A program made the position numbers and the translations under genes. A stretch of DNA of 59,162 nt, counting the filler. It is 8 parts of 8 records of this genome, joined end to end, with 100 filler letters (N's around TTAATTAATTAA, not from the genome) between each part and the next. Parts side by side here need not be neighbours in the genome. Positions count along the whole stretch, not along the records: positions 1 to 8,539 come from SRR31156797_57105; 7 more parts are not named here. One strand, 5' to 3'. A model generated the notes under the pieces. It saw only the letters and a list, made by a program, of their open reading frames with translations. It did not search any database and had not been told where the DNA came from. Of this stretch, positions 1 through 8,639 are shown in pieces (positions within the stretch are counted from its first letter, which is position 1; the number at the start of each line of letters is the position of its first letter).

Positions 1-1413
1 GATGTCGGCCCAATGCTCGCCGTAGTCGAAGCCGGTCAGTTTGCGCAGCCGTTTGTCCATCTGGATCTTGTGCTGGTCGAATTGGCTGGTCGGACCGCCC
101 CAGGGCGTGTGCTCGGTGCTGTTGGCTTCGTGCTCGCCGCCGGGCATGCCGGGGATGGCCATCGGCGATACGCCCGATTCGGTGACCGCATAGCGGTGGT
201 ACTTGCCGTTGCCGCCGTCGGCCATCAGCTGGCGCTGGGCCTGGAACGGATATTCCGGCGGTTCGTCGAGGATGGTGCGGGCCTGTCCCAGCATCTGGTC
301 GCTGAGCACGATGGCCGGGCACTGCAACGCCTCGGCCAGGAAAACCGACCATTGGGTCGTGAACAGGCAATCCGTCGGTGAATTCGGCGCCGTCACGATG
401 TGCGGCGCGTCGCCGTGCGGCCCGTAAAGCGCGATGTTGAGATCGCTCTGTTCCGGCTTGGTCGGAATCCCGGTCGACGGGCCGACCCGCATGACATCGA
501 CCACCACCATCGGCATCTCGATCTGGACGCCCAGGCCGACACCCTCCTGCATTAGCGCGAAACCGGGGCCGGAGGTTGCCGTCATCGCCGGAACGCCGGA
601 AAACGACGCGCCGAGGACGGCATTGACCGAGGCCAGCTCATCCTCGGCCTGGACCAGCGCCCCGCCCAGTGCGTCGAGGCGCGGGGCCAGCCACTCCAGA
701 ACCTCGGTCGCTGGGGTGATCGGGTAGGCGGCGGCAAAACGCACACCGCCCGACAATGCGCCCATTCCCGTTGCTTCGTTGCCGGAGATGCTCCAGCGCC
801 GCTTGTCGCCGGGCGCCGCCGGTTTGTCGAGGCCGAGATCGAAATCCAGGTGCTTGGCGACCAGCCTGCCAGCCGCAACGCCGGCCGCGCTCGACGTCAC
901 CGCCGCCTCGCCCTTGTCGCCCAGTTTTACCTTCAGAACATTCTCGATCGCGGTATCGGGCAGGTCGACAAGGGCGGCAAGGACGCCCAGGGCGACCATA
1001 TTGACCCGCAGGCCCTTGGCCGATTTGGCGGTTTCGGCCAGCGGCACCGGAACAAAACGGGCCCCGCAGCCGGCGATCACCGCCGGCGGTTCGCCAGCCG
1101 ATTCCTCGTAGATCACGACGCTGTTGGGTCCAAGCGCCAGTTCATCGGCAAAGCGGGAAACGCTCTCCCAGTCGAAGGCCAGCAGGATGTCGAAGGCGTC
1201 GTCGTAGGGGCTGATGCCGGCTTCGCCCAGACGCACGAATGCGGCCGCCTCGCCGCCCCGGACCTGGGGGCCCAGCGAGCGGGTCATGACGCCGTACCAG
1301 CCGGCGCCGGCCGCCGTTTCGAGGAGCATCTCTCCGGCCGTCATGACGCCGGAGCCGCCGCTGCCGGTCAGCGCGAAGGACGCCGACTTCGCCGCACCAT
1401 TTTCGTTTAACAT
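1..1413 (-). CDS. 2-oxoacid:ferredoxin (acceptor) oxidoreductase alpha subunit, gamma-alpha fused type; 3' end runs off the window
   Basis: Not in the ORF track; translated by hand from ATG at 1413: MLNENGAAKSASFALTGSGGSGVMTAGEML...GPQVRGGE...YPITPATE...QAEDELAS...ATSGPGFALMQE...VDVMRVGPSTGIPTKPEQSD. These are KorA/PorA-family motifs. Purine-rich RBS (AAAGGATAGG) upstream. Confidence 0.93.
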   Translation of the reverse strand, partial: MLNENGAAKSASFALTGSGGSGVMTAGEMLLETAAGAGWYGVMTRSLGPQVRGGEAAAFVRLGEAGISPYDDAFDILLAFDWESVSRFADELALGPNSVVIYEESAGEPPAVIAGCGARFVPVPLAETAKSAKGLRVNMVALGVLAALVDLPDTAIENVLKVKLGDKGEAAVTSSAAGVAAGRLVAKHLDFDLGLDKPAAPGDKRRWSISGNEATGMGALSGGVRFAAAYPITPATEVLEWLAPRLDALGGALVQAEDELASVNAVLGASFSGVPAMTATSGPGFALMQEGVGLGVQIEMPMVVVDVMRVGPSTGIPTKPEQSDLNIALYGPHGDAPHIVTAPNSPTDCLFTTQWSVFLAEALQCPAIVLSDQMLGQARTILDEPPEYPFQAQRQLMADGGNGKYHRYAVTESGVSPMAIPGMPGGEHEANSTEHTPWGGPTSQFDQHKIQMDKRLRKLTGFDYGEHWADI

Positions 1414-1450
1414 CGGTTTCCTATCCTTTGAGTTCGATACTGTATGGATC

Positions 1451-2443
1451 TCAAATCGCGGTATCAGGCGGTTCTCCGGCCTGGCCGCGCAGCATGGCCT
1501 CGATCAGTTCCTGAACGGCCAAGGCGTCCTCGACCGACGGCAGAACGTGTGGCTTGCCATCGGCAAACGCCGCCACATGGTCGAGCAGGCGCCCGAAATT
1601 GGCGACACGCAGATCGCCGATGTCGGTCAGTTCGCTGACCCAGTCGCCGCCGTCGGAACTCTGCAGCCAGAACCAGTCATGCAGACGGTGGCTGCGCTTG
1701 CTTCCCCACAGGGTAAACTCGACACGATCGGGTCCGACCCCGCCGCTGGAGCCGCACACCGCGACCGGCACGCCGCCGCAATCGAGCATCGCCAGTTGGT
1801 GGGTTTCGCAAAGGGCCGGGTCGGACTGATAACGGGGCCTGGCGGAAAGAAGCCGAGGGGGTCCCAGTATCCGCCCGGCCAGGAAGACGAAATGCGACAG
1901 CACCTCGCGGGAAAATCCGCCCTGTTCGCGGAATCGCAGCCAGTCGGCATCGGCCTGCCAGTCGCGCGGCCATTTCGAAAAATGAACGACTATGTCGCCG
2001 CCGACGATCCGGCCAAGGTCGCCCGCCGCCAGGCGCTCGCGGGTCAATTCGACGGCGTGCGACGGCGACTGGATGAAATTGACGACATTGGGCGTTCCGC
2101 GCCGTTTCAGTTCGGCCACCAGCGAGCGGCTTTCCTCGACGTCGATGCCCAGCGGTTTCTCGCAGAAGATCGCTTTACCGGCCGCCGCGGCGGCCAGGAC
2201 ATATCCCTTGTGCCAGACCGGCGGGCAGGCGATGTAGACGAGGTCGGTGTCGGGCGAGTTGATGAGAGATTCGGGGCCATCGGCGATTGGAATATCGGGA
2301 AAATCGCGGGCTACCTGCCGGCATACCTCGCCGTCGGGGTCCCACACCCCCGAAAAGGCGAAGCGGGGATGGGCCGCCATATTGGTCAGCATGCGCTGGC
2401 CCATGACTCCCAGGCTAATGATGGCGACTCGATGACGTTTCAT
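1451..2443 (-). CDS. Gfo/Idh/MocA family NAD(P)-dependent oxidoreductase
   Basis: N-terminal Rossmann-like VAIISLGVMG, DLVYIACPP..H, IFCEKP motif; 330 aa. Confidence 0.9.
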   Translation of the reverse strand: MKRHRVAIISLGVMGQRMLTNMAAHPRFAFSGVWDPDGEVCRQVARDFPDIPIADGPESLINSPDTDLVYIACPPVWHKGYVLAAAAAGKAIFCEKPLGIDVEESRSLVAELKRRGTPNVVNFIQSPSHAVELTRERLAAGDLGRIVGGDIVVHFSKWPRDWQADADWLRFREQGGFSREVLSHFVFLAGRILGPPRLLSARPRYQSDPALCETHQLAMLDCGGVPVAVCGSSGGVGPDRVEFTLWGSKRSHRLHDWFWLQSSDGGDWVSELTDIGDLRVANFGRLLDHVAAFADGKPHVLPSVEDALAVQELIEAMLRGQAGEPPDTAI

Positions 2444-2454
2444 CCCTTTTCTCC

Positions 2455-3984
2455 TCAGGCGGTGGGTTCTCTTTCCCGCATCAGTTCATCCAACCGCGAT
2501 TTTTTCAGGCGGAAATACATAGACGAGAGTGCCGCGACGGCGACGACGATGAAACCCAACGAGATGGGATGCTCGAATGGATTGACGAACGTCAGGAAAT
2601 CGCCATGCGCGATCTGCAATGCACGACGAAGGTTCTGTTCGGCGAGTGGCCCCAGAATGAGCGCCAGCAGGATCGGCGAGACGGGGAACCGCAGGTATTC
2701 CATGAAGTAGGCCACCACGCCGACACCGAGTGCCACGTAGACGTCGGTCGAACTGAACTGCATGGCGTAGGCACCGATGATGCACAGCAGGAAGATGACG
2801 GCTGTGAAGTAGCGCGGGTCCAAACTGACGAGCCGGGCGAAAAAACGTGCGCCCATAAGGCCGACGAACAGCAAAACGGCCTGCGCCAGGATCATCCCTG
2901 CGAACATCGGATAGACGATGTCCAGGTTTTCGCGGAAAAAGATCGGCCCCGGCTGGAAGTTATGGATGGTCAGGGCGCCGAGCATGACGGCCGTGAACGC
3001 GTCGCCGGGTACGCCGAGGGTCAGCATGGGAATCATGGCGCCGCCGACCGCCGCATTGTTGCCGGCCTCGGGCGCCGCCACGCCTTCGAGCACGCCGGTG
3101 CCGAACTTCTCGGGATGTTTCGACGAGCGCTTGGCCTCGGTGTACGACGCGAAGGCGGCGATATCGCAGCCGGTACCGGGAATCGAGCCGATGAACGTTC
3201 CCATTACCGCCGATTTCAGCAGGGTTACCTTGGTTGCCCATAGCTCGCTGAAGCGCGGCAGGATTTTCGTGAGGTCGGTTTTGATCCGCTCGCCGACGCC
3301 CATCCGCTCGATGTTGCGGAAGACCTGGGAAATGCCGAACAGGCCGATGAGCACGGGGATGAAGGGCAGGCCGTCCAGCAGATACATCTCGCCGAAGGTG
3401 AACCGCGGCAAACCGGAGAGCGGATCGAATCCGATGACCGTGATGAGAAGGCCGACCAGCGCCGAGATGATCCCTTTCAGCAGAGAGACCCCGGAAACGG
3501 CGATGATCATGCTCATGCCGAACAGCGCCAGCGCGAAGAACTCGGCCGGGCCGAACTTGAGGCCGACTTCGGCGATCGTCGGCGACATGAAGGTCATGAT
3601 CAACGCGCCGACCGTGCCGCCGACAAAAGAGGCGACGGTCGACATGCCGATGGCTTTGCCGCCGAGGCCCTTTTGCGCCAGTGGATAGCCATCGAGCAAT
3701 GTCGCCGCCGCCGAAGGCGTTCCCGGCGTGCGGATCAGGATGCCGCTTATCGATCCGCCGTAAATGCCGCCGACGAACACGCCCATCAGCATGAGCAGAC
3801 CTTCGAGTGGCGGACGGCCGAACGTGAAGGGAATGAGCAGCGCGCAGCCCATGGTCGCCGTCAAGCCGGGCAGGCATCCAACGATGATACCCGACGTGAC
3901 GCCGACAAAGACCCAGATGATAAGAACCGGATTGCTGAGAATTGTCAGCCAGGCATTCGAAAAAATTGAAAAATCGAAAGTCAT
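2455..3984 (-). CDS. tctA: Tripartite tricarboxylate transporter large permease TctA
   Basis: GCLPGLTATMG, YGGSISGILIRTPGTPSAAATLLDGYP, GVAAPEAGNNA, PMLTLGVPG; polytopic hydrophobic protein. ATG 3984 preferred over TTG 4005. Confidence 0.95.
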   Translation of the reverse strand: MTFDFSIFSNAWLTILSNPVLIIWVFVGVTSGIIVGCLPGLTATMGCALLIPFTFGRPPLEGLLMLMGVFVGGIYGGSISGILIRTPGTPSAAATLLDGYPLAQKGLGGKAIGMSTVASFVGGTVGALIMTFMSPTIAEVGLKFGPAEFFALALFGMSMIIAVSGVSLLKGIISALVGLLITVIGFDPLSGLPRFTFGEMYLLDGLPFIPVLIGLFGISQVFRNIERMGVGERIKTDLTKILPRFSELWATKVTLLKSAVMGTFIGSIPGTGCDIAAFASYTEAKRSSKHPEKFGTGVLEGVAAPEAGNNAAVGGAMIPMLTLGVPGDAFTAVMLGALTIHNFQPGPIFFRENLDIVYPMFAGMILAQAVLLFVGLMGARFFARLVSLDPRYFTAVIFLLCIIGAYAMQFSSTDVYVALGVGVVAYFMEYLRFPVSPILLALILGPLAEQNLRRALQIAHGDFLTFVNPFEHPISLGFIVVAVAALSSMYFRLKKSRLDELMREREPTA

Positions 3985-3994
3985 CGTACGCTCC

Positions 3995-4468
3995 CTATTC
4001 CCCAAACAGCATGTACATCAACTCGCCTTCGGGCAGCGAGACCACCAAAACCTCGGTGAATATCCACCAGATCGACAGTGGTGTGATGACCGCGACCCCA
4101 ATCCGGGGTGCCCAGGCGCGGGCGCCGAGTTGGGTCATGAGGAAGAACAGGAAAAACGGTGTTGCCAAGCCGAATCCCAGGAAATCGACGGACAGCCAGT
4201 AGGCAATGGCGATTAAAAGGGACATCGTCAGGCGAAGGAAGCCCCGCCCGTCGATGCTCTCGGCCTTTCGGAGCGCTTTGCCGCGCAGGGCGTGGACGAT
4301 CAAAAGACTCGTACACAGGAAAAGAAGGATGCACAGCGCCTGCGGGAACAACGACGGCCCGTAGAACGTTTGTTGGACGCCTTTGTTGGCGTAAGTGCCG
4401 GCCTCTAGGTAAACGAGGACACAAAATATCAGGAGGCAGATGCCGACAAAAATGTCCGATCGCTTCAA
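3995..4468 (-). CDS. tctB: Tripartite tricarboxylate transporter small permease TctB
   Basis: 157 aa, about 4 TM segments, GP..FP and C-terminal L.V.LP.G motifs; sits between tctC and tctA. Confidence 0.9.
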   Translation of the reverse strand: MKRSDIFVGICLLIFCVLVYLEAGTYANKGVQQTFYGPSLFPQALCILLFLCTSLLIVHALRGKALRKAESIDGRGFLRLTMSLLIAIAYWLSVDFLGFGLATPFFLFFLMTQLGARAWAPRIGVAVITPLSIWWIFTEVLVVSLPEGELMYMLFGE

Positions 4469-4489
4469 GGTTCTACCCTCCGCTAACCG

Positions 4490-4523
4490 AAAAAAGGGGG
4501 AGCGGCGGCTTGGCGCCGCTCCC
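4490..4523 (-). terminator. Intrinsic terminator / mRNA-stabilising hairpin between tctC and tctB
   Basis: Minus strand reads GGGAGCGGCG-CCAAGC-CGCCGCTCCC-CC-TTTTTT: perfect 10-bp stem followed by a U-tract. Confidence 0.75.
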
Positions 4524-4560
4524 GATTTGCACCTCCGTTATCGGAGGCTGCCTGCAGGGT

Positions 4561-5535
4561 TTATTGGACCGGCTTGTAAAGATCGACGGCCTTGAGGGCT
4601 TCGCCCAGGGTGTCTTCCATACCCGCCAGGAAGGTCTTGAAATCGCCCGGTTCCTTCCAGGTCAGCAGGAAGCCCTTTTCGATCGCGGCCTTCTGAAATT
4701 CCGGATCGTTGAAGCACTTGCGGAAACCGTCGACCAGGATCTTCATGCGATCGGCGGGAACGCCCTTCGGCGCACCGAGGCCGCGCCAGTCCATGATCGG
4801 CTGCTGGATCGGATAGCCGGCTTCGGCGACCGTCGGCACATCCGGAAACAGGTCGTGGCGTTCCAGGTTGTTGATGGCCAGGATGCGAACCTGTTTGTCC
4901 TTGTAGAATTCGATCATTTCGTCGATGCCGGTGGCGGCAACGGCGACGTGACCGCCCAACATCGCGACGCGGGTCGGCGCGGCGCCGTCGAAGGGCACGA
5001 AGTTGAACTTGGCATCGGCGGCAACGCCGACGGAGGCGAGGCCGAGGTGCCACGCGCCGCCCGCGCCGGAGTGACCGGCGGTCACGACGCCCGGATTTTT
5101 CTTGGCGTACTTGATGAGTTGATCAAGGGATTTGAATTCGCTTTCGGCACGCACCGAAACCGCACCGGCACTGCGATTGATCAGGGCAATCAGCTCGAAG
5201 TCGCGATAGCTGAGCGGCGCCAGGCCCTGGTTCTTGTAGCCCGAGAGATTGAAGGTGATGGTGCCGACGGTATAGCCGTCCGGACGGGCCTTGGCGACCG
5301 CGCCCATGCCGAGGGTGCCCATGCCGCCGGACTTGTTCTGGACGTTGACGTTGACGCCGAAGTACTTCTTCCCGTTTTTTACCAGAATGCGCGAGAAGGT
5401 GTCGGTGCCGCCGCCCGGCGACCACGGAACGATCAGGGTAATGTCCTTTTCCGGGAATCCGGCAAGCGCGCCGCCGGCTGTCAGGCCGAACGCGACGATC
5501 GCGGCGGCGGTGGTTAGAAGAGTCTTTTTCAGCAT
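4561..5535 (-). CDS. tctC: Tripartite tricarboxylate transporter substrate-binding protein (TctC/Bug)
   Basis: Signal peptide, FPEKDITLIVPWSPGGGTD, NKSGGMG, ARPDGYT, PDVPTVAEAG, WRGLGAPKG. Confidence 0.95.
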   Translation of the reverse strand: MLKKTLLTTAAAIVAFGLTAGGALAGFPEKDITLIVPWSPGGGTDTFSRILVKNGKKYFGVNVNVQNKSGGMGTLGMGAVAKARPDGYTVGTITFNLSGYKNQGLAPLSYRDFELIALINRSAGAVSVRAESEFKSLDQLIKYAKKNPGVVTAGHSGAGGAWHLGLASVGVAADAKFNFVPFDGAAPTRVAMLGGHVAVAATGIDEMIEFYKDKQVRILAINNLERHDLFPDVPTVAEAGYPIQQPIMDWRGLGAPKGVPADRMKILVDGFRKCFNDPEFQKAAIEKGFLLTWKEPGDFKTFLAGMEDTLGEALKAVDLYKPVQ

Positions 5536-5625
5536 TGTGTTTCCTCCACTGTTTTGCCCGCTCGGAAATCCGAAACGGGACTGACTACGACTTGGATCGG
5601 TTTCTTTTTTTATTGGTAATTGCCT

Positions 5626-6582
5626 TCAAACGACGTCCTTGAGGTCGAGCTCCCGGGCGTAGCGGTTGTCGACGTCGATACCTTTCACCGGGTTGCGCAG
5701 AACACCGATGCCTTCGATCTCGGCCTCGATGACGTCACCTGGGTAAAACGCTCCGGCCGGCGGCGTCGCTGTCGTCACGATGTCGCCGGGAAGCAGGGTG
5801 AAAAAATTGCTGCAGTAGGAAACGATCTCCTCGAATCCCAGACGCATATTCGAGGTATTGGAATCGCACTCGGTTTTGCCGTTGCGCCGGCGCACCGTGC
5901 GCAGGTTATAGAGGTCCTCCGGCATTTCGTCGGGGGTGACGATCCACGGCCCGAAGGGGGCGAAGGTATCCATGTTTTTGCCCAGGGGCTGCAGTTCGCG
6001 GTTGGTCGCCTCCAGCGACCGGCCGGTGATGTCGTTGAGGATCGTGTAGCCGAAGATGTGGTCGTTGACTTCTTCCGGCTTGACGTTGCGGCACGGCTTC
6101 GAGATGACGCAGGAAAGTTCCCACTCGTGATAGAAAATGCCGTAGCCGTTCGGCAGACAGACGGTTTCGTTGTGGCCGATGATGCAGGTCGGCGACTTCA
6201 TGAAGATCAGCGGTACCGGCGCGTAGTCGATGCCGATCAGCTTGCGGTAGTCCTCGTAGTTGGTGCCGGTGCAGACGATCTTGCGCGGCCGGTGCGGCGG
6301 CGCAAAACAGACATCGTCTTCCGGAAAGGCGAAGTTGACGGCATCGTAATCGACCGTTCGCGTGTACTCGAGTGCCCGCTTGGCGGCATCCATGGCGTCC
6401 TGACCGAGCGAAATAAAGGCGCGGGCGTCGCACGGCAATTCGTAAGCCGCCTGGCCGCGCGGATCGGTCGCGCCCTTGGCCGCCAGCAAACCGACATAGG
6501 CGGCATGCAGGTCGATCGTATAGCCGTCCTCGAAGCTACCGACGCGGACTTTTCCGTCCTTTTTAAAACTGCCGATCTTCAT
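5626..6582 (-). CDS. Fumarylacetoacetate hydrolase (FAH) family protein
   Basis: KIVCTGTNY, FMKSP, HEWEL, GYTILND, GKNMDTFAPFGPWIVT, TLLPGDIV; GGAGAGG RBS before ATG 6582. Confidence 0.92.
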   Translation of the reverse strand: MKIGSFKKDGKVRVGSFEDGYTIDLHAAYVGLLAAKGATDPRGQAAYELPCDARAFISLGQDAMDAAKRALEYTRTVDYDAVNFAFPEDDVCFAPPHRPRKIVCTGTNYEDYRKLIGIDYAPVPLIFMKSPTCIIGHNETVCLPNGYGIFYHEWELSCVISKPCRNVKPEEVNDHIFGYTILNDITGRSLEATNRELQPLGKNMDTFAPFGPWIVTPDEMPEDLYNLRTVRRRNGKTECDSNTSNMRLGFEEIVSYCSNFFTLLPGDIVTTATPPAGAFYPGDVIEAEIEGIGVLRNPVKGIDVDNRYARELDLKDVV

Positions 6583-6626
6583 ATGCCTCTCCAAGCCGTC
6601 TTATTGGTCCCGGGCGTGGCTAACCG

Positions 6627-7433
6627 TCAGGCCGCGTCCTCGAAGGTGGGCACCGCGGGGCACCCCATTTTTTTTGAAATCTGTCGTGCCGCCCCGATAA
6701 GGGCGGTGCGTATGGCGTCGATCTGCTCGGCGTCGGAGAACCGCTGGACGGAACCGCCGATGTTGAGCCCGGCGATCATCCGGCTGGTGTGATCGAAGAT
6801 CGGCGCCGCGATGCACGCCAAGTCGGGCTCGCGCTCGCCCAGACTCAGGCTGTGGCCGGCCCGGCGGATTGCCTCGATCTCTCGTCGCATTTCCTCCACC
6901 GTGGTGATCGTGCGCTCGGTGAACCGCGGCATCTCCATCGACGTCAGAAGACGCTCGCGCACCTCGGCGGGCTGGAAGGCCAGCAGAACCTTGCCGACGC
7001 TACCCGAATTCAGGGGCAGGGCGCGGCCGATCTTCGATGGCGCGCCGATGCACCGCGGACTGTGGATCTTGTCGATGAATACCGCTGAATCGCCTGACAG
7101 GATCGCCCAGTGGACGCTTTCCTGAACGGTGCGCGAGAGCTCGATCATCACCGGACGCACCACCGAAAGAAGGTCGGTGGAACGCAGGTACGCGCTGCCG
7201 ATCTGATAAATGCCGACGCCGAGCTTGTAGGCCTTGGTCTCCGGGACGCGTTCGACGTAACCGCAGGTTTCGAGCGTCGAGACCAGCCGGAATACCGTGG
7301 TGCGGTCGAAGTTCAGCCGCTCGGTCAGGTCGCGGATGCGCAGACCGTCGGCCTCTTCTGCCAGGCATTGGAGCACCGCGTTGGCCCGCAGAATCGAGTT
7401 GATCGCATAGCGGCTGGATGTTTCCTCGACCAT
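6627..7433 (-). CDS. IclR family transcriptional regulator
   Basis: SILRANAVL, HTH with RTTVFRLVSTL..CGYV, GSVGKVLLAF, FTERTIT, CIAAPIFD. Confidence 0.95.
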   Translation of the reverse strand: MVEETSSRYAINSILRANAVLQCLAEEADGLRIRDLTERLNFDRTTVFRLVSTLETCGYVERVPETKAYKLGVGIYQIGSAYLRSTDLLSVVRPVMIELSRTVQESVHWAILSGDSAVFIDKIHSPRCIGAPSKIGRALPLNSGSVGKVLLAFQPAEVRERLLTSMEMPRFTERTITTVEEMRREIEAIRRAGHSLSLGEREPDLACIAAPIFDHTSRMIAGLNIGGSVQRFSDAEQIDAIRTALIGAARQISKKMGCPAVPTFEDAA

Positions 7434-7462
7434 CCCAAAATATTTATTATTGTGTCGTTTGT

Positions 7463-7476
7463 TTCACTATAGTGAT
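7463..7476. promoter_or_regulatory. Candidate IclR-type operator upstream of the IclR gene
   Basis: Perfect 12-bp palindrome TCACTATAGTGA at 7464-7475, 30 nt upstream of the IclR start. Assignment to IclR is inference. Confidence 0.55.
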
Positions 7477-7526
7477 TTATTATTACAGCCAATTTGGCGG
7501 TGGTCAACAATTCAATTCGCTATAAT

Positions 7527-7615
7527 AAACGAGTATTCAATATTGTAATCCATTATCACAAACTAATATTCAGAATTGTAATGTATTAATATAAACTAAT
7601 ATTCGGTATTGTAAT
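7527..7615. repeat. Three imperfect 23-bp direct repeats with exact 33-bp period
   Basis: AAACGAGTATTCAATATTGTAAT (7527), AAACTAATATTCAGAATTGTAAT (7560), AAACTAATATTCGGTATTGTAAT (7593), separated by 10-nt spacers. Confidence 0.85.
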
Positions 7616-7923
7616 ATTTTTCCGTAATGGGTTCATCTGTACAGAAACGGAGATTGCCAGACGGCATTCGGTACTGGTGTTTCATTTTAGACGCCTTTTG
7701 CACCATTTCCGATATTTCCACCGCACCCTCCCATTGAGAATGGAACCCCTATCTCTAATAATAGAAGCAAATGCGGAGCGAAAAAAGGTGCTTGCTGTAA
7801 AGGGATAAACGCCTTTCCGCTTCGTGTTGGCGTCGCGGACAACAATATAGATCCGGATACCTTGCGAAGGGATCGGTGTGCCGGGACGATTGCTTTCGAA
7901 TGGCTTCCGCCTACGGAGGAAGA

Positions 7924-8539
7924 ATGGGCGTCATAGTCGGTACTGGTGAATACACGTATCGCGTTTGCGAAGAGTGGGCCGTTTTGCCCGACGGGTGGGC
8001 GCTCGGTGACGTCGCCGCCATCGGTATAGACCGCCACGACCGGGTGTACGTGTTCAATCGCTCCGAACACCCGATGATCGTCCTCGACCGCGACGGTAAT
8101 TATATCAAATCGTGGGGAGAGGATATCTTCACCCATGCCCACGGCGTCCACATCGGACCCGACGACAGCATCTACTGTACCGACGATTTCGACCACACCG
8201 TCAGGAAGTGCACCTTGGACGGCAAGGTCCTCTTGGAAATCGGCATTCCCAACCGCCCCTCGCCGTTCATGAGCGGACGCCCCTTCAACCGCTGCACCCA
8301 CACCGCCCTGTCGCCCGACACCGAAACAATCTACATCTCGGACGGCTACAGCAACGCCTGCGTCCACAAGTACGACCCGGCCGGCCGGCATCTGTCCTCG
8401 TGGGGCGAGCCGGGCATGGGGCCCGGCGAGTTTAACCTGCCCCACAACGTGACCTGCGACGACGACGGCTGGGTTTACGTGGCCGACCGCGAGAACCACC
8501 GTATCCAGGTGTTCGACGGCAACGGGCGATACGAGACCG
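7924..8539 (+). CDS. NHL-repeat beta-propeller protein (peptidyl-alpha-hydroxyglycine alpha-amidating lyase-like), 3' truncated
   Basis: DRVYVFNRSEHP, HAHGVHI, IYISDGYSNACVHKY, GEFNLPHNV, VYVADRENHRIQVFD; GGAGGA RBS before ATG 7924. Confidence 0.9.
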
Positions 8540-8639
8540 NNNNNNNNNNNNNNNNNNNNNNNNNNNNNNNNNNNNNNNNNNNNTTAATTAATTAANNNNN
8601 NNNNNNNNNNNNNNNNNNNNNNNNNNNNNNNNNNNNNNN
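8540..8639. other. Artificial contig linker 1
   Basis: N-run, TTAATTAATTAA (stops in all six frames), N-run; 100 nt. Confidence 0.99.

Noticed and set aside
13..1410. Plus-strand ORFs 13-381, 434-727, 850-1410 and others
   Set aside because: Shadows of the minus-strand OFOR alpha gene, which the track missed because it has no stop inside the window.
1214..6792. Long plus-strand ORFs 1214-2710, 4159-5517 and 5620-6792
   Set aside because: Antisense to well-supported genes in GC-rich DNA, with no family motifs.
7527..7615. Repeat array as a mini-CRISPR
   Set aside because: Spacers are only 10 nt, repeats are degenerate, and there are no cas genes; an operator array fits better.
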